Notes: generated by a model not told the origin, from the letters alone. A stretch of DNA of 60,000 nt from Lama guanicoe (GCA_013239625.1 MU053934.1:10127352-10187351); one strand, 5' to 3'; positions 22,821 to 35,699 are shown, numbered from the stretch's first letter. Translations and numbers: made by a program.

Positions 22821-25800
22821 CGTGCCGCCCTGCCAGGAGGGGGAGGCTGGCTGCTCTTTACATTGCAACATGCTCTCTGACCAGCCCCCGATGCTTCAGT
22901 TACGCCTTGATGCCCAGCCCCACCAGCTGTGTTGAATATTTGGTCCCGTAGCGGTGGCACTGTGATGTTTTGTTTGAAGGTGGTGGTTCTTTTCTGTGCT
23001 TCTGTTTTGAGTGTGATGAAGCATCTGTGCTTTGCTAACCTATCAAAACAACTGACTTGAGCACAAAATGTGGGACGTAAATCAGCCTGTTGGGAAGAGG
23101 TGAGGGTGGAGTGGTTCACACACCCGGCTCGGCATTGTCGCTTGCTTAAGAGGGCGCTCCCTGCTAATTGTGCTGTGAACCTGCAGTCGGTCGGTGGCTG
23201 CCTTGGTATACTCTGTGTATGTTTATGTGATAGATGGTGGCCTCTTAATCCACATTTTAGATTTGTTCTAGACTCTTACTTGTGATTCATTCATCAGGTG
23301 TTATAATTCGTATGGGGAGAATGTCCCTTGAATCATGTTGCAGACTCTCATGTTGTAAATATCCCTTCTTTCTGAGCCCACGTTGCTCCTGGATTTGGGG
23401 GGATATAAATCCCTCAGGTCTCCTCAGCAGAGCTGTATATTTGGTTGCTCGTCTCACAGAAATTATCACCATAGTGCTTTATATGCTGTGAAGGCGTGTT
23501 GCTGATGCGTATGGTAGAATTATGGTGTTTTCAAATATCAGATTTTTTTATAAGTAATCATGAGCATGGCGACATTACAATTTCAGTAGATTTCATTTTT
23601 TAATAATGCAAAACACCTCCACTCCCCAAGTGTGCTGAGTTGCTGGCCCCCAGTCCTGCCTGGGAGGCATGTGGAGGGAGGGCGGTAAGGTTTAGAAAGT
23701 GAGGAAGACGGAGTCAGTAGAGGGCCTCTAAGCCCCTCCGGGGAGCCCTCTGTGGAAGAACACCGCCGCCGACGTCGAGTCTTAGGAGAAACCCTGCCTG
23801 GTGCTCAGGTTTCTGCAGTTGGGCGAGCGAACGGGGAATACCTGTCGCTTTTTCGTTTTTTTTCAGCCCTGATGGTAATCGTAGCAAGTATTTTTACTAG
23901 TGTTGTTGAGTATACATTGATCTGCAGAAGAGAGACTCTGGGAAGTGCTTACAGTTCGAACTACTTTGAATGAATTCCTCGTGTCTAATAAAGTAAAGAA
24001 CGCTGGGGATGGCGACAGAACCTCAATAGCTAATAACATCCAGTGAGTCTCCATTGCTAGAGCCGCCTCAGACTGTTCCGTATTTTCATTACACACGTCC
24101 TCACCCGGAGGGCACCCGTCCTTGCTGGTCCGTTGGCAGGTGACACCACCACTTAACCTGCCGGCACGTTCACTTCAGAGTGAGTTCACGCTCTGTGACA
24201 GAGCTTTTGCCCTCTCCGTCTGCCATGTCCTAAACTGCCCTGCCTCTGCTGTTGTCTTGTGCAAAGGAGTGCCTTGTTCTCACCTTTCCTGGGGCAGCCG
24301 TTAACAAAATACCTGGGTTTTTGACATGCAGAGTTGTGGGGACTGTGGCCCCTTCGAAGGAATGCCAGTGGCCGACCGCTGGGCATGTGATGACCATGGT
24401 GTCTGTCCCCAGCAGTGTTCTATCGGAGGGTGGGGCACCGACAGCCGAGCGTGGACCCAGCAGAGGTCCCAGCCTTAACTCCTACCCCCTTAAGTGTCAC
24501 ACTGCTGCACTTTGAAAACACCCATTTGGAAAAAGCGACCCACAGTCAGTCATTTATGATTTGAGAGCAAAAGCTCAGAATGCCTCGGTGCGTTCCTTGA
24601 CAGATGAGCACGCGGTTATTTGACGCGGGCCTAGAGGTCCTGCGGTGCAGGTCCCTCTGAGCTGGGGTCCCTTTTCCCGCGTCCGGCTCACTGCTGTCTA
24701 ATCTGTGGACGCTCATTGTGTGGTGGCATCAAATGACAAAGTGGCCTCAGGAGAGCCCTCTGAGATGCCATCCTGATGCTGGCTCGGTCGGGAGCGCCTT
24801 TCCGGGCCGTGCGGTGGCCTTGCTGGCATCCGAGCCGAAGGTCACGAAGGCAGGAACTCCCAGGGGGCGGGGGGGACCTGGGGCCCGCTGTCCCGTGTCA
24901 CGCGATTGGGGGGAGCTTTCCAGCTTTCCACTGAGTGACTCCGCAGTCAGCACTGCTGTCTGTGACTTCAACACGGAAGTGGAGGCGCACGCAAGTGCAG
25001 TGACTGAAGACAACAGATACAGAACAGATCAGTGAAGGAGGAAGACAAGGGAGAAGGGGCCCCGCGCCCTTGCAGCTGGGCCTGTGGGTCCTGATCGCAG
25101 GCGCTGTCCTGCCCAGCAGCGTCCCGGCCGGCCTGTGGTCGCTGCCCCTCTGTCTGCAGCCTTCACTGAGCCAGGTGGTCACACAGCCGATGAATCTGGG
25201 GCTGCGCTAGGCGTCCTACAGCCCTGCTGCCCGGGGCCTCAGAGGCCAGTGCTGCTCCCGACCCCTGCAGCCGGCGCCCCGGGGGAGGGCTCGCAGAGCG
25301 GGGACGGGGGCGGGCAGCGCTGGGCAGCGGGCAGCTCGGGGCAGCAGGCACGGGGCAGACGCCGGAGTGGGTGCTTTCGGCACGGAGGGCCCTGTGGAGG
25401 CGGGCCCGAAGCTCAGGCCCCTTGGATCGCGGCAAGGAGTTTACGTCTTGCCTCCAGGAAGCCACGGGGCACGGGAGGCGGGACCTGATGTGGTCACGCC
25501 CTGGCAGCCCCTGAGCCACTCCCTGGGGCGGCCAGTGCAGGGTGTCGGCAGGGAGACCACCCAGGAGATGGTGGCCCCCGGGCCTGCTGCAGGGGACTGG
25601 GGAGAGGGCCCGGAGCTGGCTCTTTTGGGGGCTGCTTTGGCGGGGAGAAGGCCCGTGGGAGTCACAGCTCCATCCTGGTGCGTTCGGCCTGCCCTCAGGG
25701 CGGGACGGCCCGGAGGCCTGCGTCTCTTCGGTGGCAGGGCCGGGGCTCGCACCGGCTTGCAGGTCTCTGTGGGCTCCTTGCGCGCCTCCGCCTGCCCGCC

Positions 25801-27012
25801 ACTGAGTGCCGCCTCTGTTTCACGCTGGAGCTGCCTGTCCCTCTATTTACACGTTACTGGGATTAAAGTCTTGAAAACAACACTTCCACGTCATCAAGAG
25901 AGATCAAGTAGAGTAGACCTAGGTAATTTGAACTGACTGATAACTTTCCTTAGCTACTAGGAGATCTGAATTCTAAACTTTCCCTCGAAGTAGTCTGACT
26001 GCTCCCTTTCCACGTGCGCTAACGTCTCAGGGCGCCTGCACTGCGGCCGGGATGCGGAGGTCAGCGGTGACGGCCGACTGCTCCTTCGTGGCGGGAGCCG
26101 TGCCGGTGCCGGGCTCCAGAGGCCTGTCCCCTGGAGGGACGGCTCGGCCACCCCGCCACGCCGCCTGCCTTGCTCCAGGACTGATTCTCCCCGCGTGCTG
26201 TCCTCAGGGCCCTCACACAGCACTCGGGGGCCCAGCCCATTGCAGGACAGTTTGCTCCGGACTCTCCCCGGGAGAGGTTGGGCCAGGGGGAGGCTTTGCT
26301 CTGGGACTGAGGCAGGCGTTCGGGCTGGCCCAGGCCCCTGTGGCTTTCTCAGGCCTTTCGTGGCACAGCCAACTGTCCCCTCCAGTCGCGCACGCAGACC
26401 CTGGGTCGCTTGCACTTGGCGGGACCGTAGCTTCCTGGTCAGTGCTCCCAGGGTGACGCTGGCAAACTCATCTGCTCTGAAATGCTTTTCTTGGTGCCCA
26501 GGCCGCTGAGGGCAAAACTATGTCCATGCTTGTGAGCAGGTTTACAGCTGTGTGTGTGTGCACATGTGTGTGTGTGACAAACCCCGAGTGTGGGGCTAGC
26601 TCAAGGTGGGAGTGCGCCCCTGCTTAAATTACCACTTGCCAGGGTGTCGAGATCGCAAAGGGGGAAGAGGTCTCTGTGTTCTGGGCTTTGGCGTTTCCTT
26701 CATTCCGCACACACACATGCACACACACGTGTGCACACACACGTGCTCCCATACACCTGCACGCCCCAAGCCCCTGCTGTGTGCCTGGCTCCCTGCTGGA
26801 CCCTGGGCAGGTACCCATCAATTCAATGCAGGTTGTGCTCACCAGGAGTTCACAGTCCCTTCTGTTTCTTCTACAAAATTATAATTTCATGGTCTTCTCT
26901 TCTTTTTGATTTATGTATGAAAACAGCTCTTTTACCTTAAAGCATAGCAGTGATGGCGCTTTATAGGCCTTGGAAGGCCCCTATTCAGTCAGGCTGTGCT
27001 GTGCTGCCCGCA

Positions 27013-27070
27013 GACTGTGTGACTTTGGGCAAATCTCTTAACTTCTCTGTGCCTCAGTTTTCTCATCTGT
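27013..27070 (+). mobile_element. MIR core
   Basis: ctgtgtgactttgggcaaatctcttaacttctctgtgcctcagttttctcatctgt. Confidence 0.85.
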
Positions 27071-27088
27071 TTTAGTTTTCTTAAAAAA

Positions 27089-27205
27089 TTTTTTTTGGTG
27101 GGGGAGAGAACACTAGGTTAATTAGTTTATTTAATGAAGGTGCTGGGGCTGAACCCAGGCCCACGTGTGCTGAGCACACACTCCACTGCTGGGCTGTGCC
27201 GCCCC
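27089..27205 (-). mobile_element. tRNA-derived SINE, Vic-1-like (camelid)
   Basis: T-tail + ggtggggg...taggttaattagtttatttaatgaaggtgctggggctgaacccagg...gctgagcacac. The minus strand carries a B-box-like GGGTTCAGCCCC and matches the recalled camelid SINE layout. Confidence 0.8.
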
Positions 27206-27214
27206 TTGTCTTAG

Positions 27215-27570
27215 CTCTTCATTGCTGGGTAACAGCACCGCCACCGTCCCAGCAGCCTACGACAGTGCATGCTTATTCACAGTTGTCGCCTCAGTTGCTG
27301 TGGGTCAGGAGTCAGGGCAGATTCATGAAGCGAGGACCAAGGTGTTGTCTGTGCCCCAGACCCACCTGCGGCCCCTGGGGGACCCCTGGGCGCACGTGGT
27401 CCTTGGCCGGGCTCAGTGGCCTGCGGGCTGCAGCGCTGGAGCCTCGGGTCTTGCTGGCTCTTGGCTGCCCTCAGTTCCCTGACTCCTGGCCCTCGCCCTG
27501 TGCCGCTCTCGCCCGGCCGCCGGCTTCCTCGGGGCTCCTGGCAGGGTGGGTTATGATCCTACGTGACGCT
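27215..27570. mobile_element. MaLR (MLT1-like) LTR fragment
   Basis: attgctgggtaaca...ttattcacagtt...ctgtgggtcaggagtcaggg, resembling MLT1 LTRs. Confidence 0.55.
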
Positions 27571-28751
27571 GGCTTGTGGGGCGCTGCTCCTGGTGTCCCC
27601 GGGGTGATGGAGCCTCTTGCTGGGGGAGCAGGCTCCCCGCTTAGTGTTGTCCTGAGACCCCATGAGTGGTGCCCGTTGGAGAATGAGTTTGGTCTTCTGA
27701 TCTTGTTTGAATACTCAGTTCTCCCTAGAAAGCTGTTGACTTGAAATGAAAAATGTGCATGAATGTGTTGCTCATACAGAGAACGTCTGTCAGGCGCCCG
27801 CTGTTACAGGTGTGCGCTGAGCTGCCGGCTGGTTGGCTCTGTGGTGCGCCTGGAACACCCACAGGGGACGGTGTGCCAGGCTGGGAACTGGGCCGCGGCC
27901 TGGATTCTAGGGCCGGTCGTGCCCTGCTCAGCTGTGGGCCCTGGGTCAAGAGGCTTCCCTGTCTGCACCCCAGGCTCCGCAGTGTAATGACTGGTGGTGA
28001 TCTGGGGTATCTGGGCAATGGGTGCAGTGAGCCCTAGGGATGTGGGCAGTGTTGGGAGGGGTTGACCTCGGATACAGTTGGCTTTGTAAGGTTGGCTTGT
28101 TTGTAAATGATGTAATTCATCCTTTGCGCTTTCACTGGTGCAGCCTGCACTGTTAGCACGGGGCCCAGGACAGCGGGGAGCCCGGCTCAGCTGGAGCCGG
28201 TAGCTGGCGAGTCACGGAGGGACCTGCTGCCTAGGGAGGAGGGGTCGGGAGGGAGGGTCACAAGGCCGGCAGTAGTTGGCTCTCCTAGAAGGGCGGAGTG
28301 GGCAGCAGGTGGCCGCTCTCGCCCCACCGAGGGCTGCTGTTTGAAGTGGAGCTGAAGGCAGGTAGTGCAGGGTGACAGGCTTTCCAGGCAGCAGGCACTG
28401 GGGGAGGTGGCGGCCCGGTGGGCTCAGTGCGGCTAGACTCTGGGGGCTGGGTGGGAGAGGACTGCGATGCAGGAGGTGCGGAGGGAGCAGAGGGTGGAAG
28501 CCGGGTGTGTGTGCCCGTGTGTGCGGATGCGGGCAGACGATGGGGCTTGTTGCCCCTGGTGGGGTACCTCTCGCTAATGAAGCTGGCGGAGAGCGGGTGG
28601 GCGAGAGAAGAGGGAGGTCACCTGAGGTGGGTGTTGTGAGCAGAAGGGAGGGGAGGCAGCGCCCACGTTTGTGGTCCGGGTAATTGCAGTGGGAGCGGAT
28701 GTGACGGGAAGATGGTGACAACTCTCCAGGAATTTGAAAAACATCTCTTCT

Positions 28752-29000
28752 CACTTATGTGTGGAGCCTAAAAATAATACAAATGAATCTGGACAGAACA
28801 GAAATAGGCTCACAGACAGAAAACACGCTCATGGCTACCTGAGGGGGAAGGCGGGCATAAGTTAGGAGTACGGGATTCAAAGACCCACACTACAGCACGT
28901 AAAATAGACACGCAACAGGGGTTTACAGCATGGCACAGGGAACTGTACCCAGTGTCTTGTAATAACCTGTAATGGGAAACAATCTGAAAAAAAATCTATT
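28752..29000 (+). mobile_element. Sense cetartiodactyl-type L1 3'UTR fragment lacking its terminus
   Basis: cacttatgtgtggagcctaaaa...ctcacagacagaaaac...gcacagggaactgtacccagtgtcttgtaataacct. Confidence 0.8.
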
Positions 29001-29003
29001 TAG

Positions 29004-29345
29004 AAGACTCCACCAAGCGCAAAGCTACAGAGAGCAGATGGGTGGTCGCCAGAGGTGGGGCTTGGCGGGGTGACGTGGGGAAAGGGGCCGAAGAAAACAA
29101 GTCCCGGCTGCTACGTGCAGCTTGATGAGTCCAGGTGGTGTGTGTTTTTGAAAGTTGCTAAGAGAATGGCTCTTACAGTTCTCAAAACAAGAAGAGCATG
29201 TTGTAACTGTGTGTGGTGATCGGTGTTAGCTAGACGCACTGTGGTGATCACTTCACAGCACAGCGTACACAAATATTGAACTGTTATGTTGTGCAGCTGA
29301 AACCGATACATTGTTACATGTCAGCTATACCTCAGTTAAGAAAGG
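29004..29345 (+). mobile_element. Older L1MA-like 3' end
   Basis: ttgaaagttgctaagaga...ctgtggtgatcacttcaca...ttatgttgtgcagctgaaac...atgtcagctatacctca. Confidence 0.75.
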
Positions 29346-29835
29346 CTTCCTACCATACGAGGGAAAGTAGAGCATCCACCCACCCCTCCCTCTCTTGCAT
29401 CCTTCCATCCAGCCACCCGCCCGCCCATGTACCCATCCATGCGTGCACCCCCCACCCATCCACCCTTCCCTGTGCCTGCCCGCCTGTCCCTCCCTCCATG
29501 AGGAGGTGCTCCCTGGTGGGCCGAGGGGCTGCGTGCTGCCAGACCGCGTCCGGGGCAGCCGCATGCAGTGGTTTCCCCGGGGCTGTGAGGAGCAGAGAGC
29601 ATCCTTTGCGGGAGCCAGCTCGAGTGGTAGGACTGAGTCCAGGCGTCGGTGAGATACTGCGTATTGCTTGTAAAAAAATTAAGGTAACTGGCATTCTACC
29701 AAGAAACATTAAACATACTTGTATTTTAAAATGAGAGATTGGCAAATATTGATAGCGCCTCTTTTAAGCGTGCATACCTTTTAAAAGTTTCTGACGTGCT
29801 GACTTTTCGCTTCCCCATCTGTCATTTTCTTCCAG

Positions 29836-29950
29836 ATTTTTGAAAGGATCCTGTTTATATGGGCCATCCGTCACCCTGCCAGTGGATATGTTCAGGGCAT
29901 CAACGACCTTGTCACCCCTTTCTTCGTGGTCTTCATCTGCGAATACATAG
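29836..29950 (+). CDS. TBC1D22A: TBC1D22A internal coding exon (115 bp, approx. exon 8): IFERILFIWAIRHPASGYVQGINDLVTPFFVVFICEYI, with the YxQ glutamine finger
   Basis: cattttcttccag acceptor and TAG|gtaaga donor; 38 codons plus 1 nt; GYVQGIND is the TBC YxQG motif. It is absent from the ORF track and was found by reading the sequence. Confidence 0.97.
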
Positions 29951-32900
29951 GTAAGACCATGCCATGCTGCTTCTGCTCACAGACACTAAATGTGAGCTGT
30001 GGTGGCCTTGGGACGTCACTCTGATGCACAATTATTCCAGTACTGAAATCTGCCGTTAAGTTTAGTTATTAATGACCACTAATAATAAGGAATAGCAGTC
30101 TTCTCATTGGTGCTAGCTTTAAGTCTAAATCCACGTGCTCAACTGCTGGAGAAATTAAGATGCAGTTACTATTATTAATATCTTCTTTCTCAAAATATAT
30201 GAGGGGAAAGGTGATGCATTCAGGGAACGTGGCTTTGTGTTAATGGCCGTCAGAGCGCTGGCTTTAATGGTGGGGATGTCCATGGACCAGGTTAAGGTGA
30301 TAGATAGTCAGTTGAATGTTTTGCTTACAAGCTGAAAACCGAATCTTCTTTAATTGCATTTCTGCAGCTTTGCATCACTTTTCTCCCTGATATACTAGTA
30401 GCATTTCATTTTATGGGAATATTAATTACATGCAAAATAATTGGTTTATCGGGCGTTTAGTTTGGGTGACCTGTTTCTCTCTGAGGAATTTTTGTTTGTG
30501 TATTTTGTTTTCTGTTTATGTTACAGCAGGGAATATGCTTTACCCAGTTTATAGTTCAGTTTTCTTAAAAATTCTGACAATATATGTGCAGGATCTACTT
30601 TTTAATTCAGCTATGGATAAAAAAATAAATAACCAAAGGAGGGATTTACTCTTCCGTGGTGACATTTTTGTTTAAAACTGGTGTTAATCTGGCTTTATGT
30701 GAAACTTCCCAACTTGGTACTGGGTTTTTCTGGGGTTGTGTCTTTAGCCATTTTGGTGTCTGGTCCGCTTCAGATCCTGCCGTTGTAATCAGGAGAGGAG
30801 GTTCCCCGAGGGCAGGTTATCCCCTGGGGTGAGGACTTACCCCCTCAGTCCCTGTCGGCCGCCCCACCCCTCACGGCCCCAGGGTTTCCCAGGCGGCCAC
30901 TCCACTGTGACAGCTGACGGCCTGGCGCCCGGCCTGCAGCACCTCCCCGGGCGGGGAGGCCGGCTCCCAAGAGGGCTGGCGCTCTCGCCCCTCGTCTGGC
31001 ACGGCGTGGAAATGTTCCTAATGGCCCCGGAACAGTAGGACCCCTGTCAGCAGACTTCAGAGCTGCTAATTGAAAGAAGCTCAGCTGAGATGTGATTAGA
31101 GAATTGATATTCCATGTTAAATAGACCATTTAATTAATGTGGTAAATAAGTCTGCCTTAACGACTCTACCACCAACTTTCATTGTAAGGCCCAAGTGATC
31201 CTTAATGCCTCTGTCTGAATTACCAGCCAGTGAGGGTGAGGGACATGACCGTGATGTTAATTGTCCAGAGGAGAGAAAAGCGGGAGAAAATAGAATTTGT
31301 CCACGTGGTGCCTTCAGTGAAACTCAGAGGGACTCTCCTTGCCTTGCGGTAACCCCCGCCACATCCGCTCACGCACAGACACGTGCACACGTGTACACAC
31401 ACAAAGAACACACGTGTGCCCTGAGTGCATGTACAGTGTGGGTTGGAACCTTTGTGTAAAATGCACCTTTGACTCCTGACGGTGTTAGTAAGTGGACGTT
31501 TGTTTCTTTGGTCCTGGCTTTGCGATGTCATTGGTGGGTGGAGAGTCTTTCAGATTGTCTCCCAAGCTGGGGAGCATTCATAGTATGGTCCAAGCCGGCC
31601 CTCATCATCTTGCGGGGTCCATGTCGGCTTAAGGTGCCCGGAGCACTGCCCCCCCATCTTCCAGGCAGAGGCGCGCCCGTTCACGCAGCCCTGCCCAGGG
31701 CGCCTGCGGCCGCGGGTGGGGACCTGTCAGCCCCTTTCGGCCAGTGCTGATTGGGCGTCTCCTGGCCTCTGCAGGCGGTGGGGATGCAGGTGGGTGAACT
31801 GAGCGTGGTTCCTGCCCCCTTGGAGCTTTTGGTGGTAGGAGAGAAGCCAGATTTTAAGCAAGTAATTATGAAGTTTAATTACAGCAGTTAGACATTCATG
31901 TTACTAAGAGGAAGTGTGAGTGCGCTGAGAACCCCCCGGGCTGGCTCCGTGGGGCCTTCCCGGACTCCAGGACCTTACAGCAGTGCCCTGTCTGATGAGA
32001 GAGCGCAGCAGGGGTGCAGCCTGGAGCGGGGGGCTCAGTGGGGTGGCCGGGCAGTGATGAGGGATGGCAGGTGGGGGCACTCGGGTGGGGCAGGGGGGCA
32101 GTGGGGAGCCTGGTAAGGCCTCCCGGCCAAGTCTCCAGGGGCGTGGGGGACCAGCAAGTGACATGCAGCTGAGAGTGACCCGCTCAGATGCTGCCCGTCC
32201 ACGTCCGCTCCGGCCGCAGAGATCACGGGGCTGTGGGGAACGCACGTGCGCGGACCACTGGGCCGGGGGTCTTCTGGTTTGCTGGGCTTTGCGGTAGGCA
32301 AGCCTCAGACGCTCTGCTAACTGATGGTGCTGAGAATACGCGTTTTTCCTCCAGAGGGTAGAACTGGTCAAAGGGCTCTGTGGTTCGGATTCTTGAGCAC
32401 CGTGGTGGCCCTTTCGGGTCAGCTCCCTGGTTGTGACATGACCGTCCAGACTGTCGGAGTGCAGGTGGCACTGGGCTCAGCCACGTGTGCGCCGCTTTCT
32501 GAACGCACACCTGCCTCAGCTCCCAGGGCGGGCTGTGTTGCATTGTGATGTGCTTCCCCCCTTCTCAGCTGAGATACAGGAAGCAGCCCTGTTCCTTGAT
32601 GGTGAGACACGCTGTCTGGGTGTGAGGTTCCTGCAGGAGTTTTTGCCGTGCACCCAGCTCCTGGGCTTCACGCCTGGGGCACAGCTTGGATGGGTGGGGC
32701 GTCCCAGGCAGGGAGCAGCCCTCTAAGCCACAGGGGCCCTAACTTTCAAGCGCTGGCATGTAGCAGCCCCTTAGCACCATGTGTTTTGACTTAAAAAGGA
32801 CATGGGAAGTGAACGGTGGCTAACACATTTGGGGCTCACAAACAGGATCAGACAAGGAGGGGCTGTTCCTTACAGCACCAGAGGGTTCGTATTCATCAGG

Positions 32901-34341
32901 AGGCTGGCCAGGATGGTCAAGGTCGCAGAAACAGCTTGCTGGGAGGGAAGATATGCTCAGAGAAGTGCCCTGGGAAGGTGGGGGGAGGAGGAGGCAGTGC
33001 GGCAGCCGTGACTGGTCTCCTCCAGGGGCGCCTCACCCCCCGGGGACAGGCATTGGTCCCACTGTTGAAGGACACAGCGTCCTCACACGTGCGTGCATGC
33101 ATGCATCCCTGGGGCACAAACACAGACACAGACACACACACACGCGCGCGCACGCACTGTCACCAGCAGTGCCAGCCACAGCCTCTCCAAATCCTCAACT
33201 CGCCTCCCAGTGGAGCCCGTGGTCTTGGGTGGGCCCTGCAGGTGCCCGCCGTCTCCCAGAGGAGGACGGTGGGGGAGGAGGTCAGGAGAGCGCTGTGACC
33301 TCAGGGCAGGGGTTGCCGTGTGCGAGTAAACATGGTCCTGTGGGCAGCACGGAAGCTTGGGGGCATGGAGCTTGGGAGGGCATCCCGTGCTCAGAGAAGG
33401 CGGTGGTGGAAGAGAACCCGGGGCCAGGAAGGCGCATCCCTGAGCCACTTCCCTGAGCCGCTTCCCTGGCTCCTGGCTGGGCGGCCGGACTGACTCCAGC
33501 TCCTTCCTCTGGGCGCAGCTGAGCCTCTGGATCCCAGCACCTAGATGTGTGGGCTGGGAGGGAGGGGGCCTCATTCAGCCTTGAACCTGCTGCATTTTCC
33601 AACTGTCCCCTGTGCTGGGGTCCTGTGGTCGCTCCTTAGTCATCACACTGTGGTTTGCCTGTATGTGTGTCCGTCAGGCTGGCGTGGGAACAGGGCTCAG
33701 GCCCCCGGGTGCCTGGGGAACTGCTGCTGGGGCGAGGTCCTCTGGGTGTTTGCCATGCATGTGTTTGTGTTCCAAATAAAATTCTGTCTTGTGCTTTTTT
33801 CCCCGTTTAACCTTGTAACGTAAGCTTTTCTGTATATTAAGAAATCTTTGTAAAGATCATTTCCACCTCTTGCACATAATCGTTGAGATAGAGTAGCATA
33901 ATTCATGAAACCATTTCACGACTGTTTTTTTTTTTTAGGTTTTTCCCTCCCCAGACATGGTGTAATTTTTAAGTAAAACCTGTATTTTTCAAACACGGAC
34001 TGCCATATTCCTTTTAACAATGATAAATTTGATTTAAAATTAAGAACCATTATTCTGTCACCTCGAATCCCACAATTTAAGTAGAGAATTACATTTTAGT
34101 TTAACTAATTTCAGCATAGCAAAAAACGAAGAAGCATTGACACCCCCCCCCTCCTGTGCTATTTAAATTTAGAAACTCTTCTGACCGGGCACTTTGGAGC
34201 ATCATTTCAGAGTGATTGAGTATGAGTTGGGCACGTAGGAGGAGTGATGGTGGCTGAATTTTGGAAGGTGAGGCGTGTTTTACAATTGATTCTCAGTATC
34301 AGCACGTGTAAGCTCTGATTGATTTGATTTTATATGTCATT

Positions 34342-34764
34342 TTTTCCTTCTTTTTTATTGACGTATAGTCAGTTACAATGTGGTGTCAGTTTCTGGTGTG
34401 CAGCATCATATTTCAGCCATATGTATACATATAGATATTCCTTTTCATATTTTTCATTATAGCTTACTACAAGATAGTGAATATAGTCCCCTGTCCTGTA
34501 CAGTAGAAACTTATTGTTTGTTATTTTATTTTAATTTATTTTATTTTATTTTATTTTATTTTATTTATCTATTATATATATGGGAGTGTGTATTTATAAA
34601 TCCTGAACTCCTAATTTATCCCTCCCCACCTCTCTCCCCCTGGTAACCATAAGTTTGTTTTCTGTGTCTGTGAGTTTGTCTCTGTTTTGTAAATAAGTTC
34701 GCTTGTGTCATTTTTTTTTTTAGATTTCACATTTAAGTGATATATGATGTTTTTCTTTTGCTTT
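34342..34764 (-). mobile_element. Young L1 3' end with internal (TTTTA)n tract
   Basis: ttttattgacgtatagtcagttacaatg...cctggtaaccataagtttgttttc. TSD tatgtcatt at 34333-34341 and 34765-34773. Confidence 0.88.
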
Positions 34765-35699
34765 TATGTCATTGTCTCATAAAATAAATTACTCTTGAAA
34801 GCAAATATGGAAATGGACTGGAATAAGCAATGTATTCACTTATGAGCATTAAAGGTACTTATTTTTACGTTCCGGTTTGTAAGTCAGAATCTCGAAAGTA
34901 CAGGTTGTTTTTACACCTGTTAGTTTTGCCCAGAGAGGGCAAGTTAGCGTGCGGTCCGTGGAGGCTGGGGCGTGCTGGAATTGGAACGTGTACGGGCGGC
35001 GAGGGCAGTAAGTTCCTGCCAGCAGTCGGGACGCAGAGGAGAAGTGATGCGAGGAGCGTGCTGTCCACTGAGCGTCAGGGCTGCGGTCCTTGTGCCCTCC
35101 CCACGGTCAGGAGAGGCGGGGCTCCGGGCGACCGTGAGGGAGGGGAGAGCTGCTGTAGCTTCTCACCGATAGAGTGCGATTTTAGAAGTAGTTGTTGAAA
35201 CTTTCCTTGTTTGCATTAGGCTGTACCTCCTTGCACTTTTCTCCCCCACGTTACGTGAGCTGAGGCTGCTGCTAAACGCATCTTCCCGTGGTTTCCTTCA
35301 GTGTTCCTCACACCTCACACAGTTTTCTGCTCCACAGTTAATCTCAGAAACATTTTAAAGGTGAAAACAAGAGCATCTGAGTGCTGGCAGTTTGCTGCGG
35401 CCGTTCTCTTCCAGGTGGGGGAGGAGGAGAGCGGAGGACCTGGGAAGGCCAGTGGATTAGAGCCAGAGAGCGGGGGCCACTGGCTCGGCAGCCCCCTGAG
35501 TGACAGTAAGGCGCTGTATCCTTGCCTAGCCCGCGACTCGTGTGTAGTCATGTTTTCTACTTAGAAACATCTTGATGATGATCAAAGTAATGGACTTGCT
35601 ATTAAAACATTGGAAAACTCACTCACAGAATAGCTCCATGTCCCAGAAGCCGTCCCTGGAACATTTTACTATCGTCCTTCTGGCCTTTTTGGCAATGGA

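Noticed and set aside
27130..27205. tRNA gene on the minus strand
   Set aside because: The tRNA-like head is degenerate and followed by a SINE body and A-rich tail.
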